From Desulfobacterales bacterium (GTDB lineage: Bacteria > Desulfobacterota > Desulfobacteria > Desulfobacterales > UBA2245): 64,000 nt of DNA. The notes beneath the pieces were generated by a model that was given only the letters and a program-made list of their open reading frames with translations, was not told the origin of the DNA and did not search any database. Both the position numbers and the translations under genes were made by a program. Numbering within the stretch: position 1 is the stretch's first letter; each line of letters starts with the position of its first letter. This document shows, piece by piece, positions 43,194 through 52,287 of this stretch. The stretch covers positions 62,001-126,000 of the forward strand of contig JAXGZF010000006.1 in the NCBI GenBank assembly GCA_040771865.1, written 5' to 3'.

Positions 43194-44177
43194 TCAATCC
43201 CTCATAAGGATTCGGGCCGCGGCCATGACCCGGTCCGCGCCCGGCTTGTAAACCGCCTCCTGGGGCGGAGACACCGGCACCGGAATGTTCGGCGCCGCAA
43301 CCCTCATAATGGGGGACTTGAGCGCATCAAAGGCTTTCTCGGCGGCAATGGCGGCGATTTCCGCGCCGAATCCGCAGAACCGGGTGGCGTCGTGCATCAC
43401 GATCAGACGGCCGGTTTTCCGGACCGAATCCAGCACGCAGTCCTCATCCAGGGGAACCAGTGTGCGCAGGTCGATGATTTCAATAGAAATGCCGATTTCG
43501 GCCAGGGCGCCGGCCGCCTGCAGGGCCGTATGGACGGCGCCGCCATAGGTGACGACGGTGCAATCCGCTCCCGGTCGAACCACCGCGGCTTTGCCGAGAG
43601 GAATCCGCACATCCCCCTCCGGAACCTCGCCCTGCATCCAGTAGAGCATCATTTCCTCCACGAACACGACCGGGTTGGGGTCGAATATGGCGCTGAGCAG
43701 CAGGCCCTTGGCGTCGGCCGGATTGCTCGGGAAAACGAGTTTGAGCCCCGGGCTGTGGGCGATCCACGCCTCCAGGTTGTGGGAGTGCTGGCACCCGGCG
43801 CCGAAGCCGACGCCGGCCTTGACCCGAACCGTCAGGGGAAAGGAAGATTTGCCGCCGCTCATGTACCGGAGCTTGGCCGCGTGATTGACCAGCATGTCGC
43901 TGGCCAGGGTGATGAACGGGAAAAACATGATTTCCACAACGGGCCTGAGGCCCATGGCGGATGCCCCGACCGCCAGCCCGGCGATTGCGGCCTCGCTGAC
44001 CGGGGTGTCCTTGATCCGGCGGGAACCATATTTATTCAGCAGCCCGAAAGTGGGAAGATTCGGATCCAGATGGATCGACGTGCCGACGCCCTCGCCGGCC
44101 ACAAAAACGGTTTCATCCATATTCAAGGCCAGATCCAGCGCCTGCCCAAGGGCCTGCCCGAATGAAAGCATTGCCAT
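43194..44177 (-). CDS. 2-oxoacid/acetoin dehydrogenase E1 beta-like subunit
   Basis: DTPVSE, RPVVEIMF, QHSH, IDLRTLVPLD. Confidence 0.9.
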   Translation of the reverse strand: MAMLSFGQALGQALDLALNMDETVFVAGEGVGTSIHLDPNLPTFGLLNKYGSRRIKDTPVSEAAIAGLAVGASAMGLRPVVEIMFFPFITLASDMLVNHAAKLRYMSGGKSSFPLTVRVKAGVGFGAGCQHSHNLEAWIAHSPGLKLVFPSNPADAKGLLLSAIFDPNPVVFVEEMMLYWMQGEVPEGDVRIPLGKAAVVRPGADCTVVTYGGAVHTALQAAGALAEIGISIEIIDLRTLVPLDEDCVLDSVRKTGRLIVMHDATRFCGFGAEIAAIAAEKAFDALKSPIMRVAAPNIPVPVSPPQEAVYKPGADRVMAAARILMRD

Positions 44178-44213
44178 GAAAAACCTCCTTTGCTGCAGAT
44201 CAAATATCAGACG

Positions 44214-45188
44214 TCACACCGCCCAGAGATCCTCAAGGGCCGCCTTGGGTGCGGGGAACGGGCTTTCATCGCCGAACGCCACGGCATCGTTCACCACCGT
44301 GGTCATTTCCGCATCGATGGCGTCGCATTGGTCCGCCGACAAAATTCCTTCGGCGATCAGGCGTTTTTTCATCCGACGGATGGGGCACCGGCCAGCCCAT
44401 TCTTCCAGCACTGCCTTGTCCATGTAATGCCCGTGATCGTGTTCGCCGTGCCCGCGCATGCGGTAGGTATTGGCCTCGATCAGGGCCGGGCCGTGCCCCC
44501 TGCGGCAGTGGTTCGCCATTCGGACCGACAGGGCAAAGACGGCTTCCGCGTCATTGCCGTCCACGGCCTCTCCGGGCATGTCGTAGGCGGCCGCCCGCTG
44601 GACGATGTGTTCGACGCAGGAGTGTTCCGCCAGACACTGGGCCCCGGCCCATACGTTGTTCTCGCAGACAAAAAGAACGGGAAGCTTCCACAGGGCCGCC
44701 ATGTTCATGGCTTCGTGGACGCTGCCCTCGGCCGCCGCGCCGTCGCCGAAAAACACGACCGTGATGTGCGGCAGCCCCCGATACTGCTGGGCAAACGCCG
44801 CGCCCACCGCCAGAGGAGGAGGCGCGCCCACAATGGTCGAGGTCATGATGGCATTGACTTCCGGCACGGACAGGTGCAGGGTGCCGGCCTTTCCCTTGCT
44901 GAAACCCGTGGCCTTGGTCATGATTTCGGCCATCAGGCGTTTCGGGTCCGCGCCCTTGGCCAGCAGATGGCCATGACTGCGGTGATTCGTCACGATCACA
45001 TCCTCCGGTTCGAGGGCCTTGACCACGCCGGCGGCCACGGCTTCCTGACCGACGGCAAGGATCTGCATTCCCACCACCCGGGCCTTCTCCCTGGCGAGTT
45101 CGATCAGCCTTTCCTCGAATTTGCGGATGAGCACCATGCCGGCATAGAGCTCCCGCCGGATTTCGGGATTCAAAACGCCATTCTGCAT
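44214..45188 (-). CDS. TPP-dependent dehydrogenase E1 alpha-like subunit
   Basis: GQEA, HRSHGH, FFGDGA...ENN TPP-binding motif, TYRMRGH. Confidence 0.9.
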   Translation of the reverse strand: MQNGVLNPEIRRELYAGMVLIRKFEERLIELAREKARVVGMQILAVGQEAVAAGVVKALEPEDVIVTNHRSHGHLLAKGADPKRLMAEIMTKATGFSKGKAGTLHLSVPEVNAIMTSTIVGAPPPLAVGAAFAQQYRGLPHITVVFFGDGAAAEGSVHEAMNMAALWKLPVLFVCENNVWAGAQCLAEHSCVEHIVQRAAAYDMPGEAVDGNDAEAVFALSVRMANHCRRGHGPALIEANTYRMRGHGEHDHGHYMDKAVLEEWAGRCPIRRMKKRLIAEGILSADQCDAIDAEMTTVVNDAVAFGDESPFPAPKAALEDLWAV

Positions 45189-45272
45189 CTTCCGTTCTCC
45201 TTTCCGATCTTCTATCCGCGTTGCCGGATAAAACGAGCGGCTGCACCAGGGCGGGCCGCTCGCGATGCGTTT

Positions 45273-48200
45273 TCAGGTTTGCGATTCCACGATTCCGATT
45301 TCTTCCTCCGTCAGATCGTACAACTGATAGACGAGTTGATCGATCTGACGGTCCGTGGATTCGATCTGCCGCTTCAGCACTTCTTTTGTCTGGGGAATCC
45401 TGGATTCGGCCAGTTTCCGGTTCAGCTCCAGCATCTGATCAACCAGGCCGACCATCCGATTGTGCCGGGCGATGTCGGCGGAATCATCGAAATTGATGGT
45501 ACGGATGGGAAGTTGTTTCAGATAGATAGAACGTAATTCAAGTCGCCCGCCTTTATCGGCGTCGCCCAGTACGGAGCATATTCGCTTGAGGTATGCCCAA
45601 GCAAGGGACGAGTTTAGGACTCCCAGTAAATACAGGTCGTTTTGGGGAATGATGAAGGTCTTGTCATTTGAAAAGAACCCCATTTTATCAATGGTGAAGC
45701 GCGATTCCTTGGCTATTACAGGATAGATGATTTTAGGTTGTTCAAAGCTCACAAAGTAGTCGACCGTATCCTGAATTTCATGCCATTGATATTTGCCCGG
45801 TTTTCTCCCCGGCCAGGCGCCTTTCCAACCAGCCGGCCGCGGCTCAAGACGTTCTTTGTATTGCAGAAGATGGGCTTTGACGGAAGGATATTTCTCAATA
45901 TTCACGCCTCTTCTGGTGAAAATGACATACCGTTTCTTTCCTTCGATACGGTATTTGCGGATATGATCTCCAATGGCGAACCGCTTGATTATCGCAGCGC
46001 AGTTCGGGTCTTCGGCGACCAGCCGGTCCCGGGTTTCCCGGTCAATCACGAAGGCTTCGTTCAAGCCGGTTTTGATTCCGTAATAAATTTGACCACGTGC
46101 GTAGTCCCCGAGAGGCATGCCGATCTTTTTCATTTTTTCGAAAATCGCCAGCTCGTCTGAACCCGAAAGAGTCCAGTTCTCTCCCTTCAAAGCCGCGTCA
46201 TCCAGAACCTGACCGGCAATACGGACTTCTTCTTCCAGTGAACCAAAATTAAGCCGCTTGATGGGGGCATACACGAAGGATTGGTAAACGGAGGGTTTTG
46301 ATTTTTCCGTCAGCACAATGACCGGAAAAGTGGCGGCGCCGCTAAAAACGGGCAGCTCACCAAAATCAACCAGTTTCCGGAGGGATGCCTGTATTGCCAG
46401 AAAAGAGCGCAGCGGCCCGCCGTAATTGGCCCTCATGAATTTGTTGGAGCAGATGTACCCGAATAAGCCGCCCGGCTTCAACAGCCGGTGGGCCTGCTCG
46501 ATAAAATAGACATAAAGATCGGCGGTGCCGAAAAAGGAGCTGTATCGAGTCTTTGCGTACTTTTTGAAATCGGCCCCCAAGGATTCCTGCCGAACATACG
46601 GCGGATTGCCGATCAACGCGTCAAACCCGCCTTCCTTCATGATTTCTGGAAATTCGGCGTTCCAGTCAAAGGCATTGACTCGGAAGATTTCTTCTTCGTC
46701 AAAGAGGCTGGCCTGCTGGTGGTCGTAGAAATCCGGGCCGATCAGGGAGTTGCCGCATTTGATGTTGTGCGACAGGTCCGGCAGGACCCGTTCCTGAAAC
46801 AGGAGCATCTGCCTTCCGATGCTCTGCTCGTCCTCGCCTTCCAGCATCTTGAGCAGCAAAGACAGCTTGGTTACCTCCACCGCCTGATGATCGATGTCCA
46901 CCCCGTAAATGTTGTTCAGCAGAATCCGCTTGCGCTCGCCGGTGGTCAGCCGCCATTCGCCTTTCCGGGACTGATAGATGCGGGGGGTTTTGCCTTTGGA
47001 CCAGTTTTCCGGGCCGTCCTGAATGTATTGATCCCGGTGCCAGTCCAGCAGAAACTGATACGCGCCGATCAGAAACGAGCCTGAACCGCAGGCCGGGTCC
47101 AGTATTTTCAGGTGGCTGACCCCGCCCCTGGGGCCGGGCTTTTTGCCTTCCACCAGTTTGCCCACGGTGTTTTGAACAATATAGTCCACGATGTAGCCCG
47201 GCGTGTAGTAAACCCCGCCCGCCTTGCGAACCTCGGGCTTTTCCTCGATTTTCGCCTGGTGCCCGGCAGTGAGGCGGATGACCTTGCCCAGGAATTTTTC
47301 ATAGACCTGGCCCAGAATATCGGCCGAGAGAACGGAAAATTCGTAGGGGCTGTCCGGGTAATAGAGGTTTTTGAAAATATCCTTTAACGGCCTGTCGTCG
47401 ATCCGCAGGGCGGGCGTCAGGCGGTCGAAATTTCCCCGTCCCTTTTCCCTGTTGAAATGAAAGAGCCCGGAATTGTATTTTTCGTCCGCCTTATTGAAAA
47501 GCGCAAACAGCCGGCTGTAAACGTTTTCCCCGTTCTGAAGCGCCATCAACGCCCCGTAAGGTTCCATGCCCCGGTCCTCGCAGATGCGCAGAAACACGAT
47601 CCGGTCGATGGTCTGCTGAACGGAGAAATTCAGCTCCCGCTGCGAGAGGCCCGGATTTCGAAGGGCGATGTTGCGGGCCAGAAGCTCCCGCCATCGTTCG
47701 ATTTCCTGAAGAAACGCGGCGTCGACCTCAGTGGTGCCCTTCTTGTTTTTGCTGGACTCGATGTACTTGTCGAAAGAGCCCTTCAGAATGGCCTCCCGGG
47801 AAAAAATGCCGGCGATTTCATCCCATCGGTCCGCATAATCCGTGTATCTGAGGTAGAGGATGCGGGAATGGGAGACCTTGTCGGTTTTCTGGGGTTTGAC
47901 GCGGCAGTCGTAAACGGCGAACTCCTCGAAGTCCGTCAGAATGCTGAGGGGCAGCTTGGCGCTCCAGCCGTACCGGCGAAGCTGGTAGGCCGGATGAATG
48001 TCTTCCTGAAGGTTGATGGACGGTTGTTTGGCTTCCAGAAAAAACTTGCGGGTCCCGCCGATCCGGAAGCAGTAATCCGGCGCCTTGGTGACTCCGCCGA
48101 CCTTGATGGCGTCTTCATGAATGACGTCCTTGTAGGCCTCGGAATAGCCCTGCCGGTTGTTGATATCCCAGCCCAGTTCCTCGAAAAAGGGGTTTATGAA

Positions 48201-48302
48201 TTCGATGCGCACCTGGGCTTCATTGTACGAACCCCGCTTGTACGATTCCAGATTGCGGTCAAACGTTTCGGTCAGTCTCTTGATCCGGTCGGATGCGCTC
48301 AT
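45273..48302 (-). CDS. Single-chain type IIG restriction-modification enzyme (REase + N6-adenine MTase + TRD)
   Basis: PDY..FLEAK nuclease motif, GVYYTP, LDPACGSGSFL, GNPPY, TaqI-C-like C-terminus. Confidence 0.9.
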   Translation of the reverse strand: MSASDRIKRLTETFDRNLESYKRGSYNEAQVRIEFINPFFEELGWDINNRQGYSEAYKDVIHEDAIKVGGVTKAPDYCFRIGGTRKFFLEAKQPSINLQEDIHPAYQLRRYGWSAKLPLSILTDFEEFAVYDCRVKPQKTDKVSHSRILYLRYTDYADRWDEIAGIFSREAILKGSFDKYIESSKNKKGTTEVDAAFLQEIERWRELLARNIALRNPGLSQRELNFSVQQTIDRIVFLRICEDRGMEPYGALMALQNGENVYSRLFALFNKADEKYNSGLFHFNREKGRGNFDRLTPALRIDDRPLKDIFKNLYYPDSPYEFSVLSADILGQVYEKFLGKVIRLTAGHQAKIEEKPEVRKAGGVYYTPGYIVDYIVQNTVGKLVEGKKPGPRGGVSHLKILDPACGSGSFLIGAYQFLLDWHRDQYIQDGPENWSKGKTPRIYQSRKGEWRLTTGERKRILLNNIYGVDIDHQAVEVTKLSLLLKMLEGEDEQSIGRQMLLFQERVLPDLSHNIKCGNSLIGPDFYDHQQASLFDEEEIFRVNAFDWNAEFPEIMKEGGFDALIGNPPYVRQESLGADFKKYAKTRYSSFFGTADLYVYFIEQAHRLLKPGGLFGYICSNKFMRANYGGPLRSFLAIQASLRKLVDFGELPVFSGAATFPVIVLTEKSKPSVYQSFVYAPIKRLNFGSLEEEVRIAGQVLDDAALKGENWTLSGSDELAIFEKMKKIGMPLGDYARGQIYYGIKTGLNEAFVIDRETRDRLVAEDPNCAAIIKRFAIGDHIRKYRIEGKKRYVIFTRRGVNIEKYPSVKAHLLQYKERLEPRPAGWKGAWPGRKPGKYQWHEIQDTVDYFVSFEQPKIIYPVIAKESRFTIDKMGFFSNDKTFIIPQNDLYLLGVLNSSLAWAYLKRICSVLGDADKGGRLELRSIYLKQLPIRTINFDDSADIARHNRMVGLVDQMLELNRKLAESRIPQTKEVLKRQIESTDRQIDQLVYQLYDLTEEEIGIVESQT

Positions 48303-48399
48303 ATCAGAAATCCGCTTTTGTAAGGGTGGTTTCGCAACGAAAAAAACACTATAGCAGAAGGCCGGCCTCCACGCACCCCTGTTTTTTGAATTGTTGCTT

Positions 48400-48610
48400 G
48401 ATGGACTTCACGAGCCGGTCTGAGCGCGGACGTGTGTATCTCCGAAAACGATATGTAAATGCCTATGAAACTTGAAAGGGGCGTGTAGTCGGCGTGCTGG
48501 CGGATGCGGTCAACGGACAGACCATCGCGTTTGATGTCATTCGGAGCGAAAATCCGGCAGACGGAAGGCTGCGATCCGGACGGCTGATTTATCCGTGGCC
48601 GGATAGATAG
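48400..48610 (+). pseudogene. Phage MuF-associated nuclease (PBECR2-like) C-terminal remnant
   Basis: FTSRSERGRVYLRKRYVNAYET*KGRVVGVLADAVNGQTIAFDVIRS...LRSGRLIY, one in-frame TGA at 48473; family assignment from recalled motif. Confidence 0.5.
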
Positions 48611-48805
48611 GTGCGCATCACGCCACCACACTGGCGCATGGCCTCGGTTGCAGGTTACAGGTGCGGCCCCGACAACCCAGATGGTTGAAATACTAGCATG
48701 TACCCATGAATTTGCAAGAAAAAAATGCCTGAAATCGTCATCAAGAAGGTGGAGAAGCAGGCTTTGAAGGATAGACAACGATGCTAACGGGTCAGGGGGA
48801 AAATA

Positions 48806-48896
48806 TGACGGGCGGGAGGCCGGCTGTCCCTCCATACCAGGAACCCGAGTGGGCACCCGCCGCAGGCACACCGAAATTTCCTGCTGTCGCCCGTCA
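48806..48896 (+). ncRNA. Candidate multibranched structured RNA
   Basis: Outer stem TGACGGGCG/CGCCCGTCA, GGAGG/CCTCC arm, CAGGAA/TTCCTG arm enclosing two mini-hairpins; no family assigned, strand assumed. Confidence 0.4.
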
Positions 48897-48959
48897 AGAA
48901 CAGGAAACCACAGCCATTATCGGCTGTCAAGGGGACGAGTTGGTTTAATACCCGAAAGG

Positions 48960-49207
48960 AGAATGAAGCGGACATTATGCCGCTGCACCAACATGCGCCG
49001 CTATGCTTGCCGAAATGGGTGCAGGTCTGGGACGGCGTGACTCTCCCGTCGGACGATCCCTGGTGGAAGACGCACTACCTGCCCAATGGATGGGGCTATA
49101 ACGTCGGAGAGGCGGCGTTCGGCAAAAGCTGGGTGTGCGAGCCCGGGCAATTCGAGGAGTTGGGGCCGTGGCGCAAAGAGCAATATTCTTTCCTGCCCAA
49201 AAGCTGA
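48960..49207 (+). pseudogene. Mu-like phage gpF (MuF) minor head protein remnant
   Basis: TNMR..YA then, in a shifted frame, WDGVTLPSDDPWWKTHYLPNGWG|YNVGEAA; the CRC-containing segment is missing. Confidence 0.75.
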
Positions 49208-49352
49208 CGCGCCGCAACTGCAACCGGGGTGAATTGGGCCACATGAACCGAAAACAAACAGATAGCCCCCTTCGACCGTTACCGGTCGATCGGCGGTCCT
49301 GAAATTGAACAAGAGCGGTGCGATATCAACAAGGCGATCATATGAAAGGATT

Positions 49353-49661
49353 TCAGACGATCACCACCGAGTTGTCGCTGGTTCCAAAAGGCGACCGGAC
49401 GTAGTTGTCGGCGCACCAGTCGTTTTCCCAGTACTTTTCATCAATCATGTAACGGAACTGATATTCCCTGCCCGTTTCCAGATCCAGCGTAACGGTGAAG
49501 TCGCCGTTTTTCAGTTTTTTCATCGGCGTGGCGCGAACATCCCAGTCGTTGAACTCCCCGACGATATTGACCTGGTTGGCGGACAGGGCCGCTTCCTTGG
49601 AAAGGCGAAAAGTGACCTTGCAAACGGGTTTGTTCTTCAGGTACTGTTTCTTAATGCTCAT
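49353..49661 (-). CDS. Isoamylase early-set (CBM48-like) domain protein
   Basis: CKVTFRL, VGEFNDW, YQFRYMID..WENDW.AD. Confidence 0.88.
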   Translation of the reverse strand: MSIKKQYLKNKPVCKVTFRLSKEAALSANQVNIVGEFNDWDVRATPMKKLKNGDFTVTLDLETGREYQFRYMIDEKYWENDWCADNYVRSPFGTSDNSVVIV

Positions 49662-49779
49662 GACGGCCTCCTGTTATTTTGCGGATGTTCTTTTTACTTA
49701 TCATAGCGCATTCAGCAATTTAAGCATATCAAAATTTCAACAGGCTGTGAAACGCTTGACCGGTATGTCATGGCATCGA

Positions 49780-50895
49780 TCAAAACCGGCAGCGGGGTTG
49801 CGTTGCGGCAGCGTTGAATCTGGTCATGACGATCTGCCAGACCTGGATGTTTCGAGCCCGGAAAGCTCCGGCGCAGGACAGCAGATAGTATTCCCACATG
49901 CGTTTGAAACGGGTTTCGTATCTGTTTTTCAGCCAGGACCAGGCTTTTTGAAAGTTGCTGTGCCAGGCCATGAGGGTCTTGTCGTAGTGCGGGCCGAGAT
50001 TGTGCCAGTCCTCGATCACGAAAAGCCCTTCCGCGGCCCGGCTGATTTGAGCCATGCTGGGCAGCATGCCGTTGGGAAAGATATATTGGGTGATCCAGGG
50101 GTCGCATGCGGACCGGGACCGGTTGCCGCCGATGGTGTGCAGCAGAAAAACACCATCGTCTTTCAGGCACCGGTGAACCGCCTTCATGAAAGCACGGTAG
50201 TTTTTGCATCCCACGTGCTCGAACATGCCAACGGAAACGATTTTGTCGAACCGGCCCTCGATGGCGCGATAGTCGCGGTCCTCAAAATGCACGGGCAGCC
50301 CTTTGCAGAAAACACGGGCATAGCCGAGCTGTTTTTGTGAAATATTGACGGCGGTGACGGTACAGCCGGCGCGCTCCGCGGAATACCTGGCCAATCCGCC
50401 CCACCCGCAGCCGATATCGAGCAGGTGATCGCCGGCGGTCAGGTTCAATTTGCGGCCAATCAGATCCATTTTTTTCAGCTGGGCCTCGTCCAGATCTTCG
50501 GTTCCGTCAAAATAGGCGCAACTGTACTGGTTATAAGGATCGAGAAAGGACAGAAACAGATCGTTGTCGATCTCATAATGCCGGTCGGCAACCATGCGGG
50601 CACGCGCCCTGGACTGGAGATTGAAAAAAATCGCCGGCAGAAACAGCATCCGGTAGCGCAGGCTTCCCCGGACTTTATCCTCAAGATCGGCGCGCAGCAG
50701 ACGGCAGATCAGTTCATCCGGCTGCCGGCAGTCCCACCATTCATCCATATAGGATTCGCCCAGCCCCAGGCTTTTTTCGCGCCATATTCGTGAATACCAT
50801 CGCTCATCCCTGACCTGTATGTCCCAAGGGTTCGGTCCGTTGATCGCGGCGCCGGCTTCCTTAAACATTTCACATACTAAATTATAAGTCATCAT
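49780..50895 (-). CDS. cfa: Cyclopropane-fatty-acyl-phospholipid synthase
   Basis: LGLGESYM, YSCAYF, LDIGCGWGG, SVGMFEHVG, YIFPNG. Confidence 0.95.
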   Translation of the reverse strand: MMTYNLVCEMFKEAGAAINGPNPWDIQVRDERWYSRIWREKSLGLGESYMDEWWDCRQPDELICRLLRADLEDKVRGSLRYRMLFLPAIFFNLQSRARARMVADRHYEIDNDLFLSFLDPYNQYSCAYFDGTEDLDEAQLKKMDLIGRKLNLTAGDHLLDIGCGWGGLARYSAERAGCTVTAVNISQKQLGYARVFCKGLPVHFEDRDYRAIEGRFDKIVSVGMFEHVGCKNYRAFMKAVHRCLKDDGVFLLHTIGGNRSRSACDPWITQYIFPNGMLPSMAQISRAAEGLFVIEDWHNLGPHYDKTLMAWHSNFQKAWSWLKNRYETRFKRMWEYYLLSCAGAFRARNIQVWQIVMTRFNAAATQPRCRF

Positions 50896-51335
50896 GAATG
50901 GCCTCCCCGAAATCCGCGATTGTTTTGAGCGGCCTGATGTTTCGAGTTGCATTGAGTCTGGGCGGGGTCGAATGCAGCTGATAGATGGATATCTGACCCG
51001 TTATTCCGTAACCGCTTGTTTTACGGCTTTACCCCTATTCAGACTCAAAACAGCGATGCATTGGAGCGGATTGACAAATCCTGTGGAGATGAATGGTTCT
51101 AAGAATTTTTTAAAACTCATCATTCTGGCCGTCAAGGGGAATTTTTCTCAAAATGCGATCTTGTTCAATGCCGCGAACAGCATGGCCGCTGTAACGGTCC
51201 GCCGTTCGAGACAATAAAACAAGCAGGATTTCCGCAATTGGCTGAAGGATTGTTCCGCTTGTTGAACCTGAAAGGAAAACCGCTTGCGTGCACACCGGAA
51301 TCCTGCACGCATTTTGGGCGCGAAACGGGCGTAAC

Positions 51336-51509
51336 ATGCCGATATTTGAAGGAGATGAGCAATGCGCGGATTGTGGGATGGTATCCCGGGAATACCGGCT
51401 TGTCCATGCCAAAGGCGATGACCGGCTGAGCCGTGACAACCCGGAATTCCGATGCGAAGCGTGCTCCATGGTGAAAAGCGACAAGTTGAAAAAAGGCCCG
51501 AAGGTCTAA
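51336..51509 (+). CDS. Small putative zinc-ribbon protein (start uncertain)
   Basis: CADCG...CEAC two CxxC pairs, ends just before a hairpin; weak RBS. Confidence 0.4.
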   Translation: MPIFEGDEQCADCGMVSREYRLVHAKGDDRLSRDNPEFRCEACSMVKSDKLKKGPKV

Positions 51510-51512
51510 AAT

Positions 51513-51543
51513 TGAAAAGGCGGCAAGTGGCGCCGCCTTTTCA
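51513..51543. terminator. Bidirectional terminator
   Basis: TGAAAAGGCGGC / GCCGCCTTTTCA inverted repeat. Confidence 0.8.
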
Positions 51544-51583
51544 GGTTGTGATGGAAATCTGTTTCTTCAGGCGTTTCAACCGA

Positions 51584-52033
51584 TCAGGTTATGTCGATGG
51601 ATATCTGCTTGGGCTTCTTTTCTTCCGGTTTGGGAACTTCGATCTTCAATACGCCGTCCTTGAAACTGGCCTTGATGCTTTCAGGGCTGACTTCAGTCGG
51701 CATGGAAAAAGACCGCTGAAAGCTGCCGAAGCTTCTCTCCCTCCGGTAATAATTTTCTTCCTTGACCTCGCTGTCTTCTGAACGTTCCCCCTTGATTGTC
51801 AGAATATTGTCCTTGATCTCGATGGATATATCTTCTTTTTTGACTCCGGGGAGCTCGGCTGTGACCACGATGGCGTTTTCCGTATCGCAGATATCGACCA
51901 TCGGACGCCACGTTCCCAGGGAAAGATCATCTCCTTCGCTTCTTTTTCCCGGGAAAGCATCGCTAAATAAACGGTTGATTCTGTCCTGCAGGTTCATAAG
52001 GCCTCCATAAGGTTCCCAGCGAATCAGCGACAT
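51584..52033 (-). CDS. Hsp20/alpha-crystallin small heat shock protein
   Basis: AELPGV.KEDI, LTIKGER, ERSFGSFQRSF, DGVLKIEVPK. Confidence 0.95.
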   Translation of the reverse strand: MSLIRWEPYGGLMNLQDRINRLFSDAFPGKRSEGDDLSLGTWRPMVDICDTENAIVVTAELPGVKKEDISIEIKDNILTIKGERSEDSEVKEENYYRRERSFGSFQRSFSMPTEVSPESIKASFKDGVLKIEVPKPEEKKPKQISIDIT

Positions 52034-52144
52034 AATTTCACCTCCCTTTTTTGTTTGATGGAATTGAAATCAAATTTCGTATGATTCCGAACCATACATA
52101 AGCACTCCACATGAACAGCCAATATTGTCAGAAGGGCTGTTTAA

Positions 52145-52287
52145 CAGGGTGTTGAAAAACTGCGCCTGAGGCCGCCATTCAGCGTTGCGCGGCTCTCGCC
52201 AATGCTCACATATGCTTGAATATGCTGTGCTTGTCGTATCGCCGCGCGCCTTGCCTGACGGCCTGATCCTCGTTTTTCAACACCCTG
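52145..52287. mobile_element. 143-bp MITE, copy B
   Basis: Perfect TIR CAGGGTGTTGAAAAAC / GTTTTTCAACACCCTG, TTAA on both sides. Confidence 0.88.

Noticed and set aside
48473..48475. In-frame TGA as selenocysteine or readthrough
   Set aside because: It is not at a Cys/redox position and the surrounding frame is a truncated phage remnant, so a nonsense mutation is simpler.
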